Below the pieces are notes generated by a model. That model saw only the letters and a program-made list of their open reading frames with translations, was not told where the DNA came from and made no database searches. Position numbers and translations under genes: made by a program. From contig JAUFOQ010000016.1 of NCBI GenBank assembly GCA_040285855.1, positions 3,162,001 through 3,226,000 of the forward strand: a stretch of 64,000 bases of DNA, in the 5' to 3' direction. This stretch comes from Eukaryota sp. GEM-RC1. Lineage: Eukaryota. Below are positions 1 to 12,383 of the stretch, one piece after another; within the stretch, counting starts at the first letter, position 1, and every line of letters begins with the position of its first letter.

Positions 1-1
1 G

Positions 2-802
2 GGTGTTTCAAGAAGTTGCTCAGCAGTTATTGCTTACTTAATGATGACGAAGCAGAGGAGTTTTAGCGACTGTTTCCAAGATGTTAGGGAGAAACGACCG
101 ATTTGTAGACCAAACCTTGGTTTCCAGTTATCATTGGACAAATTTTTTCAAGATTTTCAAAATTCTAGAATTTGCTGCTTCAGAGGATGTGAAAGGTCAC
201 AAGAAGATCCCATGTTTGTTTTGACAGTCTCTGAGCTCAATCAAATTGATTGGGAACGTGAGTCTGTGGTTTTGGTTCATAATAAGGATAATATGCGATT
301 GTATCTCTGGTATCCTTCCGAAATTGACCCTGAAAATCTAAATTTTTTGAACAACACTGTGTCCTTTTTCCAGAAGTTCCTCTCAGTTGTTTCTGTCTCC
401 ACGGAACTACACGGTAACGAAAGCAGAGACTTCCAACAATTGGTCAACTTCCCCTCAAAGAAGTCAACGGAAGTCTTTGATAGTTGTCCATCACCTTCTC
501 TCAATGTTAAACCTGAAATTCCTCGGTTTTTTGCTCTTGTTGAAGGGAAGTTTAATGAATTAAAAGTATTTGACGACCAGGATTTAGATAGCAATGTTGT
601 TGCAATTCTTACTGTTCCAAAGAACTCTTTTGACTTAGACATGGACTTCTTTGTGTATATTGGGTCATCTAGAGTAGTTAATGCTGAAGAAGTGGCGAAT
701 AACTTTGCCCAATTTTTTGAATTAGGTAATAATTTTAAATTTGACATTGTTATGGAGGATGACGAACCCGAATCTTTCTTTGAAGTGTTGGATTCTGTGT
801 AA
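2..802 (+). CDS. Dual-specificity phosphatase with two gelsolin-like repeats (plant MKP1-like architecture); 5' partial
   Basis: Frame 2 opens with GVSRSCSAVIAYLM...VREKRPICRPNLGF (DSP catalytic C-terminal half). Two gelsolin-like segments follow: LYLWYP...HGNESRDF and FDDQDLDSNVVAIL...FVYIG...EDDEPESFF. Confidence 0.8.
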   Translation, partial: GVSRSCSAVIAYLMMTKQRSFSDCFQDVREKRPICRPNLGFQLSLDKFFQDFQNSRICCFRGCERSQEDPMFVLTVSELNQIDWERESVVLVHNKDNMRLYLWYPSEIDPENLNFLNNTVSFFQKFLSVVSVSTELHGNESRDFQQLVNFPSKKSTEVFDSCPSPSLNVKPEIPRFFALVEGKFNELKVFDDQDLDSNVVAILTVPKNSFDLDMDFFVYIGSSRVVNAEEVANNFAQFFELGNNFKFDIVMEDDEPESFFEVLDSV

Positions 803-985
803 TTTAAAAAAATTCAATTAATTTGAATTTGTTATATATTTTAGTTATTTTTGGTCACAATATTTGACAAATTGGTGTGTCCATATTTTTTTTGAATAAA
901 TTGAAACGTCACTAATGTATCGAATCAAAACTGATCAGGAAAGTTTGTTTGGGATCCACTCCCAACAAAACAAGTACAGACTGTG

Positions 986-1842
986 CTACAAAAAACTATC
1001 TAATCCAAAATCTAAATCATCATTAAATGAGTCACTAAATGTAGAATTATGTACAGTGCTGTCAAAATTCGAAGGATCCACCAGAGGATTAAACAAAGAA
1101 TCATCACTCATTTGTTCAGAGTTTGCCAAGGGAGATGGAGCCACGGAAAGAGACACGGAGTTGGGGGAAGCAGAAGCGATCGATGATCTTCTTGACCGCC
1201 GTCCATGGAGACTCTTCACAACTTCGTCCTCTAACGAAAGAGGAGAAGGTGCATGTGGAGAAGATGTGGACAAATCTACTGTTTTTAAGACGTGCCAACT
1301 TTGAGAATCAGCAGGTAAACGGTGTGAAAATTGTTCTTTAAAGTGGGACAAAATCAAACATGCCATCCACTTCATATGTTCATTGATATACCGTTGTTGA
1401 ATTTCACGAAAACGAGGTGTGAGTTCCGAGCTCGGGAGAGCACAGAAACGTATGGGATCCTGTTCTGCCATTTGTGACAATGTGAGTGTCAGAAAGGCTC
1501 TGTTGAAAGCAGGATTATGGGTATTTGGTTCATGAAGATATTGAGGAGAGTCTGCATGTTCAGTTTTCGTCATTTTGGACGGGCTACAACTAGCCGACGC
1601 TCGACGATGCCGAGAATTCACTTCTGAGACGTTGTGACTCGGAAAATCGGCTGTTGGTGAATGAAAATGCTGAAATGTCGGACTAGGATCATTGAAGTTT
1701 GGTTCCCACGATCCGCCCAGATCGACTGGAAAAACGTTCTGATCTATTGGTTAGAGTGTAATTAGACCATACTGGAACCTACAGGTGAACAAGTGTTTAT
1801 ATTTGGAGATGGTCGATATGATATTCTCATTGGAAGGGTCAT
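986..1842 (-). CDS. Hypothetical Ser-rich protein, 2 exons (intron 1744-1772)
   Basis: ATG at 1842. A 29-nt intron gtatggtctaattacactctaaccaatag (ctaac branch motif) joins exon 1 in frame to ORF 986..1621. Confidence 0.7.
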
Positions 1843-2463
1843 TTCTTTTCAATCAAGTAAGGAAAAGTACAGACGGTAGGGTTAGCAGAGCAACTGTTGA
1901 TGACAAATGACAAGAGATTGACAATCAGTTCGCAGACTCTACAGAAAGTCATTGGCGCTTTTACATTAGGATAGAGGTTGCGTTTCAAGACAAAAACAGA
2001 ACAACCAGTTGGATTAGATGATGGCCATTTGCAACAAGTTCTTGTACATGTAGGTTGTTTGTTTTCTAAAAGTCAATTTACCACTCTTGTTACACAGTCT
2101 GTTAGAATTGATGATTCACAAGACTATGATCTCCTTTAGGCTTTCATATCAACTATTACACTACTTTCGAGCTAGATTTCCTTGGCATTTTAATGTTGTC
2201 AACCCAAATTGAATTGTTCCTGTTAAATATTAGGTAGACTAGACCAGCAATGACAATCAATATTTTCTTATTGTAGTGTTAATTGTGTGAACGAACAATG
2301 GATATATTGTTGCAACAACAACAGATAATACAAAAACAATGCCACAATGTATTGCAACAGTACAGTAAATTGTTCCTGGTTGATGGCCCGCACCTGCTAT
2401 ACGTTAATGAGATATGGACAATCTGTTATTGGAATATATAAGTCTAGGTACATTTATGCCAAA

Positions 2464-5044
2464 ATGTTCCCCTTTCGATGTTCGCACAGGTCTTCAGAAC
2501 CATGCCCTCTACCTCCTCACATTGATTCTCTACCTTCTCAAATTCAACCTTTCTTTCACAAACCCAATGATAAACGAAATATCAATAAGCTCAAACAGCA
2601 TCTTCATTGTCTACACCAACAGACTTCAGACGACATCAAACTAACTCTACGAAGTCTAATACATATTTTATCTGGTTGCAGTTGTAAGACAGAGTTCATA
2701 ATGGAAGCCGGTGCTATAGAGAGTTGTGTCAGAATACTACGAAGAACATCTCTCAACCAAGGGTCTTCCTTCTCTTTTGATCTCATCTCTTTCTATGCCG
2801 CCACAGTCCTTGGTGGCTGTTTCTCTTGTGTTCCTCCCTCTGCTCTTCCCAGGTTGTGGGAGACTGGTGCAGTGGATGAGCTTATCAAGCTAGCCAAGGG
2901 AACCCACACTTGGTTGGAGGAGAGGGCAGCTATCAGAGCACTGTTTTGCTTTACCACGGATGAACGACAACTTCGTAGACTAGCTATTAACATTGGTTTA
3001 GTCACTGACATTATTGACTCTCTTTTACTAACACCTTCACGTGTTTTTGTAGACGTGTTTTGTGATCCTACCTGTTCCTCTCACCGCCACTACAACTTCT
3101 TCCTAGATGTTTTCTCTCAATCTGAAGGCTACGAACCTCCACCAGAAGTTAGCAAAGACATTTCTAACGCAGTTGACGGTTGCTTCATTCGAACGCACAG
3201 TTTAGAGTTTTTGATTGACTACCGAGAGCAGAGTCTTTCCTTTTTAAACGTCATGACACGTGATCAGGTCACAATGAAAGGGGTTTCGACAGATTGTTTG
3301 GTGAAATATTGTAGTTATTTTTCAAAAATGGTATTTGTAATCCCCCATACTTGGACCACTGTTAGTGTTGGTTTAACTATATTTAATAGATTTATCATGG
3401 CTCTAGAGATCGACAAAAGAAGAAGAAAATTGATCAATCCTTAGAAGGGATTATCCATCAATCAGGGGTTTTAACCTTCCTAACTTGCCTAATCCGATGT
3501 CCTGCCACCTCACATGATGCAATCAAATTAGTCTCATGGTTACTTAAGTTCAATCCCAATCACTTTGAGCCGATTCTTTCCTCTCTCGGAGTCTTTGCCA
3601 GTCTGATTGATCCATTAGAAGGACTTTTTGCCCCCGTCACTGCTGATTGCTTACTTGAATCAGGATCGTCGTCTTTGTTTTGGGCAATGTACAACGCTAA
3701 AACCTCTGGAGAAGCCGCGCTACGATTACTTTTGTGGCTAGCTAATGCTGATCGTTGTTGTTTATTAGATCCAGAGAAGATGTTGTTGAATTACTATCAT
3801 CAGGGATATGAACAACTTTATCCAGGTTCTCAAAACAAATTCCGAAAGCAATTCTTAACCTTTAAAGCTCAACATTTATCAAATCTCCCAGAGTTACCTA
3901 ATATGTCTCCATCAATTTCAAAAGCGGCTGATTTAAGATCAAAAGGAAACAACCTCTTTAGAAACGGGGATTATTCCTCTGCTCTTACTCTCTATTTACA
4001 AGGACTTTGGCGATGTCCTTTCTCCGAGACCCAGCAGCGGAGAATGTTTCTATCAAATATCTCAGAATGTTGTCTTCGGCTTGGTAATTATCGTTCAGCT
4101 GTGAGTTACGCCTCAAGAGGTTTGTTTCTAGGGAAGGGAGAATTGGTGGAGAAATGCTTGTACAGAAGGGGAAAAGCCTGGTATCACTTGTCACGTCACC
4201 CACCTTCCTATTTTGATTTTCTGGAGGCAGGTACAGATTCTAGATTCAAAGATAAGGTTTTTAAAAGTGTACAAGATTTAGTTTGTGATATAAGAACTGA
4301 AGATTCTCTGTTGGACTTATATGACTTTAGCGTTCCGAACAAGACTATAATTCTATCAATTTTAGGTAAAACGTTACTCCAATCTCCAATGTTGTTTAAT
4401 GAGCAGGAAAATTCACCTTCAAAATTGTTTAATTTATTAAATATTGAAGAATGTTTAACCCCACCACCTTATCCAGAACTTTTAAAATTTGGTGTTTACA
4501 ATGAAAAACTTGCGACCAGAGAAATTCAAAAATACTTTGAGACCTTTTTGGACCCTATTTTTCAAACCCTTTCCCTTTTGATGAAGGACGAAGAAACTGA
4601 AGATGCCAGTCAATCAGAAGAATCAGATGATTGGCAAAACGACGCCATTGATGATCTCATGATTGGTGACGTGCAAGAGTTACCTGACCTTGATGAGGAT
4701 CAACTTTCCTCTTTATCAACTAAACTCTTTGATGGATCAGATCAATCTTCATTTTCTGATGGCTCTTTTCAGATTTTCCTGATTGTGTTTCTGAAGTACT
4801 GGAGCCAGGATCATCAATCATTCAACGATTAGCTCAAAGTAAGGCAGTCGATAAGGATTGGTTCATGACAGTTTCGTCATCATTAGATCTTAGTAGGTAT
4901 TCAAGGAAGGTGTTCGAAGAGGAAAAGTTTTTAAAAGGTGTTGGTGATGTAGTTCGAAATCCTTCCAAAAATAGACCTGGGTTGATTGCAATCAAAAATG
5001 AGTTCTTAGATTCAGTTTGTGAAAGATTGTGGATTGAGATTTAA
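2464..5044 (+). CDS. Armadillo-like + TPR protein with an acidic C-terminal stretch
   Basis: ORFs 2347..3444 (ARM-like: EAGAIESCVRIL, ETGAVDELIKL) and 3675..4832 (TPR: LRSKGNNLFRNGDYSSALTLY, FLSNISECCLRLGNY, KCLYRRGKA) join, with a tail ending at TAA 5044, if one base is added in homopolymers at ~3415 and ~4768. Start at 2464 is inferred. Confidence 0.7.
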
Positions 5045-5344
5045 ATACAGACAAAATACTTAGTAATTTTTTGATTAGAATAATTTGAAAATAATATAGG
5101 AAATTGTAGAAGTAAAACTCAATGCTATTGTGGCAAACTATATAAGTACTGGTTTTCAAACATAGTTGCAAATCTCAAATTCTTGTGATGTGATTACATC
5201 ACATGAACTGTTTGCTGTGAAGAGGTCAATTTAGTTTATTTGTGGTTCCTGATCAATAAAAATTGACTGTGCTGACTTCAAACTGTACCAGTACTAGTAA
5301 GTTGCTTCTATATTTACAGAAATTCATTTAGAAGCAATTTATCA

Positions 5345-6250
5345 ACTATCATGAAAGCTTGGACTTTAACAATCGTATTAGCTTGGCTAAAATCGAGAGT
5401 CCCGCTTTTGGTGCTTTTTTGAAAGACATTTCTAGTGATGAGGCTTCTACTTTGATTACTCGATATCCTCAAAGATATAGTTTCAACTTAAACGATCATG
5501 AATGGCTTATCAACATTCGTTTGAGGTTGGGTCTATGGCCTGTTGGTCTCCTTCAAAAGTCTACTTGTGTGTGTGGTTCTTCTTTGACCTCTTTCCATCA
5601 GGTGGTCAACTGTCCTAAGTTTATTCATTTAAGATCAATTATTCACAACAGTTTCCGTGATCAATGTTTAGAATTGTTTAAGAGTAATGGTTTCCATGGG
5701 AAAATCGAACCAGTTTTAAATAGTTTGTCTCACTCAATTTTGAGAGATAAGAGCAGAGGTGATTTGATTGGTCCTTGGTTGTCCTCTCAAGAAATAATTA
5801 TGGACTTTACTACTGTTGATCCTTGTAACTCAACTTCTGTTAACAAAATTTTAGACGAAAACTATTCTGCTCTTGAAACTGCTGAAAGGAAAAAATTAAA
5901 TCGTTATGGCGAATTAATTTCCAAGATGAATTCTCGCTGACACAATCCTTTTGTTTTCCATCCTTTTGCTATTTCTCTTTATGAAACGTTTGGTTGCTTC
6001 GGTCAACAATTTCTCACAGATTTTGGCAAATTGTGTAAGCAGTATGGAAAGAATTTTAATGAAAGTTACTGGAGAGGAAGGTTGTCGTTTTCCCCTTTCA
6101 AAGCACTGTTTAGGTATTTTGATTCGATTTTGAACCGTCTCTTTGCATTGAGACATGAATTTGGGATGATGTAGAGGTATTTGTCTCTCCTTTGTTGGTA
6201 TTGATGATGGTTTGTATTTGTAAGAGTAAATAAAAGGCGTTTTTGGTTAA
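5345..6250 (+). mobile_element. 3' fragment of RLE-type (CRE-like) non-LTR retrotransposon
   Basis: IRLRLG..CVCG..HQVVNC zinc knuckle, then RGDL..IIMDFTTVDP..AERKKLNRY..FHPFAISLY (restriction-like endonuclease). Contains stops/frameshifts. Confidence 0.8.
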
Positions 6251-6333
6251 TTAATTGAGAGTTTATTTGCAACAATATATTAAGACATACTAATTCAGAA
6301 AATGAAAGAAGTTAAATTCTCCACATCAACACA

Positions 6334-6690
6334 TTAATTGTCCCTATACAAGTTCGAATAAATGGAACATAAATACTTGGGAATGCTTCTATAAAGAGCG
6401 AACATAATTCGATTAATCCATACAGCGCTATTAAACATCTTGCCATTAGAACGACATAAAAGACTAAAATCACTGAAAAACTGTAAACCAGCGGGACCAA
6501 TATTACCAAAAATTGTAATTACAAATGGAACAAATGAAAACTGAGAATATAGATTTTCATTAAGCTTCTGCAAAGCATCCGCATAATTTGAACACTTTCG
6601 TTGTTCAGCCTTTTCCAGATGACCATTCGAATCATTCAATATGGAGTTTTGGTAGACTTTTGCAAACGGGTCAACTGTAGTAAAATCAAA
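6334..6690 (-). mobile_element. RLE non-LTR retrotransposon 3' fragment
   Basis: DFTTVDP..AEQRKCSNY..FVPFVITIFGNIGP..WINRIMFALYR, homologous to the 5345-6250 fragment. Confidence 0.75.
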
Positions 6691-6741
6691 ATTAAATTAA
6701 TTATTGTTTTTCAGGAACATAAGGACTACAGCAATTGGTTT

Positions 6742-6902
6742 AATTAGTGTGGACCACACTAATTTTCATATTTTTTTCAGCTCGTAGAAAGTAGAATTAG
6801 TGTGGATTACACTATTTTATAATCCACGCTATTTATAATTTAATAAAAATAGTGTAAACCACACTAATTTTCTGAAAAAATAATTACTAGTAGTGTGGAT
6901 TG
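6742..6902. repeat. Cluster of palindromic aattagtgtgg/ccacactaatt motifs (MITE-like remnant)
   Basis: Perfect inverted repeat aattagtgtgg-a-ccacactaatt at 6742-6764, and a 23/24 inverted repeat spanning ~6795-6869. Confidence 0.6.
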
Positions 6903-7012
6903 AAATATTTTTTTAAGGATGTTATTATAATTGTAGTTGGTGTTGTGTATATTCTTGGAACAATACACAACTATAGAAGTTCTTTCAATAATGTTTTTAA
7001 TTTACTACTGTA

Positions 7013-8009
7013 CATTCTTCACAACAATTAGTCTGAATCAGAGTAATTATTATTCTTTCTGATCAGCCAAAAGTTGATAGAAGTCGTGGTGATTTGATTG
7101 GTCCTTGGTTATCTTGTCAGGAAATTATCACGGATTTCACGACTGTTGATCCTTGTAATTCAAGATCAATTTCCAAAATTTTTGATGATGATTTTTCTGC
7201 TCTTAAAGTGGCTGTAAAAGGAAAAAATACAAAGTACTGTCACTTAATTAACCAATTGAATGTTGACAATTACAATTCTTTTGTGTTTCAACCTTTTGCG
7301 ATGTCGATATACGGTAATATTGGACCCGTTGCACAATGTTTTTTAACTTCCTTTGGTAAATTGTGTTCTGAGTACGGTAAAGCTTTCAATGAAAATTTTT
7401 GGTTGAGTAGGTTAACGTTTGCGTTGTTTCGTTCAATGCACAGATATTTTAATTCAATTTTAGGTAAGTTGTTCGGTGATGGACAGAAGGATCATAGTTT
7501 AGATACTTTAGTTAGTGTCTGTTAGTCAATAACTGCAAATGCATTTATTTCACTGACTGATCATGAACCCCGTTTTTTAGAGTAATTATGAATATTCATA
7601 TTTAGTCTGAAAAAATATCTCAAACAAAAGGAATTCCTTGACCATAAATTGTTATTATTAGTATGTCTTCACAAATGTTACATTGAACACCTCCATCGTT
7701 GTTTGCACCGTCAATGGTTGTTTTACACCGAAGAAATCCAGAAACAGGACTGGTCTGCTATCAGATTGTCTCATAAAAAATTGATTAGTGACCAAATTGT
7801 CCTTCACGCAAGTGTAAACAGTGTGGGACAAGGTTTGTACATTTCAATTCAAACAGTATCTGGAAAAATAATGAAAGATACGGACTGTTTAATACCATTT
7901 CACTGAAATTTTTGGATATTCCTACAGTGATCAAACAATAATTAGTCTGATTCAGACTAATAAGTGATTCAGACTAATTATGAATTCAGACCAATTGTTG
8001 TGAAGAGTG
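7013..8009. mobile_element. Non-autonomous TIR DNA transposon with TA flanks (Tc1/mariner-like by TSD)
   Basis: Left TIR cattcttcacaacaattagtctgaat (7013-7038) matches the reverse complement of 7984-8009 at 24/26. TA on both sides. Subterminal ttagtctga/tcagactaa repeats. Confidence 0.7.
7051..7578 (+). mobile_element. 5'-truncated RLE retrotransposon insertion nested in the TIR element
   Basis: RSRGDLIGPW..DFTTVDP..FQPFAMSIYGNIGP; flanked by the 11-bp direct repeat agagtaattat (7040-7050, 7579-7589). Confidence 0.75.
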
Positions 8010-8126
8010 TACCAATGCGAAAATTCTATTTCACTATTACAACAACTCCTTAACTGCGATCAGGATACTTTTTGTTAGTTTCTTGAAGCTCTGATTTCAA
8101 CTGGTCAATTTGTAGTAAATGAGTGG

Positions 8127-8260
8127 TCACACACAAGTAGACGTTTGCAGGAGACCAACAGGCCATAAACCTAGTCTCAAACAAATGTGGATCAGCCATT
8201 CATGATCTTTATCACTAGAAATGTCTTTCAACAAAGCACAAAAATAGGTGAGAAATTGAG
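8127..8260 (-). mobile_element. Short, internally deleted RLE retrotransposon fragment
   Basis: LKDISSD-KDHEWLIHICLRLGLWPVGLLQTSTCV matches 5420-5572 with an internal deletion. Confidence 0.7.
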
Positions 8261-8374
8261 CCATTTTCACAAATTCATTTTCATTCGATAATTTATGTTC
8301 CTTCATTTCATCTTGACAAATTGTTCGGAAACAGTTGTGGTGATGTGATATTTCCTGGTCTTGATGGATCATTT

Positions 8375-8850
8375 ATTATTGCTGATGTTATGTCTATCGA
8401 TGTTTGTAATGATTCCAACAAAAACTTGCTAAATCTAATGCTCAAAACCTCCTGTTGATTGGTGAAAAATAAAAAATGGAAAAGTATTCTGCTAAATTGA
8501 AACTGATGAATTCGGTTTCACACTCAAATTACTTGTTGTACCCTTTTGTATTTTCACTGTACGGTTCTTTAGGTGAATCTGTAACACCATTACTTGAAAT
8601 CTTTGTGAAGATTGTAAAAGAAAAACATCTAGGACTTTTGATCTTAGATTTTGGAAAAATCGAATTGTGTTTGCTATCTTTAGAGGTATGGTGACGACTT
8701 CCGTATCCAGCGTTTTTTTATCTCTTGGCAGAGATTATGAGGATAAGGTTGGTGACAATTTCCAGATAAATCTGGACTTTGAGGATACTGATTATAAGAT
8801 GTATGTACACTGTAGTGTTGTTGTCAATAAAAATTTTTGTCCAAAAAAAC
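8375..8850 (+). mobile_element. RLE retrotransposon 3' end with short A tail
   Basis: IADVMSIDVC..YPFVFSLYGSLG..FWKNRIVFAIFRG across frameshifts; ends aataaaaatttttgtccaaaaaaa. Confidence 0.7.
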
Positions 8851-9642
8851 CCTTTATACAGTTTCCTTTCTTGTATTGTTCATCACTTTTTCAAGAATGC
8901 TTTTGAGTGGGCGTGCAACGAATGGATGAAAGGTCAACGAATTGTGTTCCCAAACAAAGTATCATATGATACTTTGACAACGAATACGAACCTATTGACG
9001 TATCAAATCACGATACATTAAGAAACAAATTATGCACTTGTTAATACAATAACTCAACCCAAAAATTAGTCGTAGCAAATCTCAGGGAGATTATTACAAT
9101 TCTTGTACTGAGAATGAAATTACGCAATTGATAAATCGCTAAACAGACTTCATTACCCAGAGTTACTCAATAACACACCAATGATCGTTATTTCCAAAAG
9201 AATTTTTGACGTCTTAATTTATGGTAAGCAAGCGTTCCTTTCGTGATGTTTATCAGGTAGAACATGGATATAGTCTCGTGAACAGCTCTCTTATTATAAT
9301 TATTTGAGTCGTCTTTAAAATAGTGTACTCTTGGTTGCAAGCTGAACAATATGAACTATAAGGGAAGTGTAACTGATAACTGTGTAGAACTATAGACAAT
9401 GACAAAAGAAACAACCTATTATTTGGTATATACTATCTACATATCATTGCAATTGAATGTTGGCAGTGGTTTGCAAGATCATAAACAATAGTTCTTATGT
9501 AGTTTTTGACTTGGAAAAATATAGTCCTTCCCTATTACTAGCCACGACGGGGTAGGTCAGTAATGGTTTTTTGCAGGCTCGAATTAGGTAAATTAGAGTA
9601 AGTTCGACACAATTTGTATTTGTTTAATAAGCCACATAGCTA

Positions 9643-10621
9643 ATGTCTGATACTGATAACAACCTTCTGAACGACTTGGACATCTTTCTGTCCGGAAGCC
9701 AGCCTCCCCAGGATTCTGAACATCCTGACATTGAGATAAACTCCAATGTATCAGCTCCCCAAGCTCCAACGTTTATCGACTCCACACACACTTCTACCTC
9801 TGGAACCACCCAAAAACAACAGAAAAAAGACGAGGACACTTTTAAAATCCCTTCCCATATCCAACAAGCTGCCGTAAGAGCTGTAGTCTCTGAGTTCACT
9901 GGCGAAGACATCCTTCCACCTGCTAAGACTACACAACAGGCACAACAATCTGGTGACAAACCCCCTTTCTACAAGCTTTCTCGGTACAGCTTTCTCTTTG
10001 ACGTTGACACCAAAGACGTCTTAAAGCGAATGGGTGACGCTATCCTCCCAATTAAGGCTAAGAACTTTGTACCTAGTTTGAACAACAATCCAGATTTCTA
10101 TGGTCCATTCTGGATCGTCACCACCTTAATTCTGTTGCTTTCCATGGGTGGTAACTTCAACTCCTTGTGGAATGCTGTTTTCAATGACGAAGAGTTCCAC
10201 TTCAACGTAGCTTTGGTGGGTCGGGCCGTTTCCATCATGTACTTCTATTTTGGTTTGATGCCTTCAGTCATGTGGGCTTTGTATGCATGGATAGCTCCTG
10301 TATGTCCTCGTCTTCGTGAACTCTATTGTATTTATGGATATTCATCTACTATTTATCTTGCAAGTATGTATTTAATTCTCATTTATTTCAGCGTTTTTTA
10401 TCGATTTGATGCCACTAGCTTTGTTTTGGTGGCTTAGCGGTGTCATAGGTGGTACTGTTGCTGGTCTCTTCACTATGCAGGCCTTGCTGGGTGTTGTGGA
10501 GACGGTACCAACAGTTGAAGGTAAGATTCCTAACAATTCAAAATCTGTGATGCTGTCAATGGTCGCTGGAGGTGTACAAGTTGGTTTTGCTCTGCTTTTA
10601 AAACTAGTTTTGAGAGGTTAA
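9643..10621 (+). CDS. Yip1-domain protein (YIPF1/YIPF2-like), intron 10364-10391
   Basis: FDVDTKDVLKR..PDFYGPFWIVTTL..CIYGYS motifs. A 28-nt intron gtatgt...ttcag joins ORF 9643 in frame to ORF 10406..10621. Confidence 0.9.
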
Positions 10622-10753
10622 TGTCTTTTCTTTAATTGTATAAATTTATTGAGTATGAACATTGTAGCTGAAAACTGTCGAGGATGTTCAAACAAGAATA
10701 GCCAACTAAATTACTTGTTTGAGATTCTTTGGATATAACAGACTTCTTCTGTT

Positions 10754-12196
10754 ATGTCCACTACTTTACGGTCGGCTGTTTCAAAGAACAAACGGCGATA
10801 TGTTGATGCTGAATACAACTTAGACCTTACTTACATTACTCCTCAAGTAATAGCAATGGGATTCCCCTGTATGGGTGTCAAAGCTCTTTACCGTAATCCT
10901 TATCCCCAAGTTAAAGCATTTCTTGACCACTATCACAAAGACCGTTTCAAAGTCTATAATCTTTGTGCTGAAGCTCCCTTCCAGTACGAAGCTTCTCTCT
11001 TTGACAATCGTGTTGCCAAGTTTCCTTTCATTGATCACGCTCCACCACCGTTTGAGTTGATCCCTCGCTGGTGCCTAGACCTTGAGCAGTGGCTCATCAA
11101 CACGTCACAGGTGGCCGCGATCCATTGCAAAGCAGGCAAGGGTCGTACTGGCCTTGTGATCTGTACTTGGCTGGTTCACTCAAAGGAATCTGAATCGGCA
11201 GGTGAAGCCATATCCTTGTATGGAAGGAAGCGTACACATGACGGGAAAGGGCTCACGATCCCCAGTCAACAGAGGTACGTCTACTACTATGACCACTACT
11301 TAAAATCATTAACAATCGATCCTTCGATATCTTTAGATAACTTTCAACATGTTCTACTCACCAACTTTATTGTTTCTCATTGTCCTGATGTCCAATCGGG
11401 AGCTAGGTTGTGTTACACTGTCAAAGTCTCTGGGTCAGAAGTATTTAACTCAACTTCTGTCAGGAGGTCATCTTGGGCAAAGTTAGGAGATTCTGTCTCT
11501 TTGCCTGCGTGTCCTTTATCACTAGTTAATGACTTTGAGCTCAACCTCTATCACGTGAAGCCACTAGGAAAGAGGGTCAAATTAGCCAGGATTTGTTTAA
11601 ACAGTGGTTTCCTGCCCAGTAATGGAAACATTGTTATAACCAAGTTTGAAATTGATCATGTTCACAAAGACAAACATCACAAAACCTTTCACTCTGACTT
11701 CTCTGTCAATCTTTACTTTTTCTCGCCAGATAATGGCCTATCTATTTACGACCTTCTAAAGGAACACGAGCAAAGTGTTGTAGATTCTGAGCTATTAAGT
11801 TCCCCCGATACTGATCCGGAATCTATTTCTGATAGACTCTCGGAGAATTCATCACTGGAAGAAGTTAATGATGAAGGAACTACAGGATTTGATGAGGAAG
11901 CTATGATCCATACATTGTCTTCAACAAGTAGTAGTGAGAATTTAGGATTCTTTGAGAATCTTTCAGAAACTGATTCAATCAATGGTGATGGTGTGACTTT
12001 TGTAAACTTCGCTGACTCTCATATTCCTTGTGATTTTGTCCCTCCGGTCAATAGATGTGAGACTTCTCCAGTAAGTAAACATGATTTAGTTGAAAAAGCT
12101 ACGAAATCAATCAATTTTGATTCTCACGATTATTCCAACGTTGAGTTTGTCATTGCTCGATTGCAAATTATAGAACATAATTTGTCCCAAATATGA
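10754..12196 (+). CDS. PTEN: PTEN phosphatidylinositol-3,4,5-trisphosphate 3-phosphatase
   Basis: VSKNKRRY..LDLTYIT..IAMGFP, HCKAGKGRTG active site, TIPSQQRYV, C2 domain ending IDHVHKDKHHK, acidic tail. Confidence 0.93.
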   Translation: MSTTLRSAVSKNKRRYVDAEYNLDLTYITPQVIAMGFPCMGVKALYRNPYPQVKAFLDHYHKDRFKVYNLCAEAPFQYEASLFDNRVAKFPFIDHAPPPFELIPRWCLDLEQWLINTSQVAAIHCKAGKGRTGLVICTWLVHSKESESAGEAISLYGRKRTHDGKGLTIPSQQRYVYYYDHYLKSLTIDPSISLDNFQHVLLTNFIVSHCPDVQSGARLCYTVKVSGSEVFNSTSVRRSSWAKLGDSVSLPACPLSLVNDFELNLYHVKPLGKRVKLARICLNSGFLPSNGNIVITKFEIDHVHKDKHHKTFHSDFSVNLYFFSPDNGLSIYDLLKEHEQSVVDSELLSSPDTDPESISDRLSENSSLEEVNDEGTTGFDEEAMIHTLSSTSSSENLGFFENLSETDSINGDGVTFVNFADSHIPCDFVPPVNRCETSPVSKHDLVEKATKSINFDSHDYSNVEFVIARLQIIEHNLSQI

Positions 12197-12383
12197 CTCT
12201 GTTTTATAGTGATTACCTTTTTGATTTGTGTACATATTCTTTTTGTTTTTATGAAGCTGATTCAATCCGTATAAAATTTGTAAATTATGACACCAATATC
12301 ATTTTTTTGAAAAATTTATAAACTAAAAATAATTACAATATCGAAAACAACACAAAAACAGAAGACATAAAATCTAATTGTTT

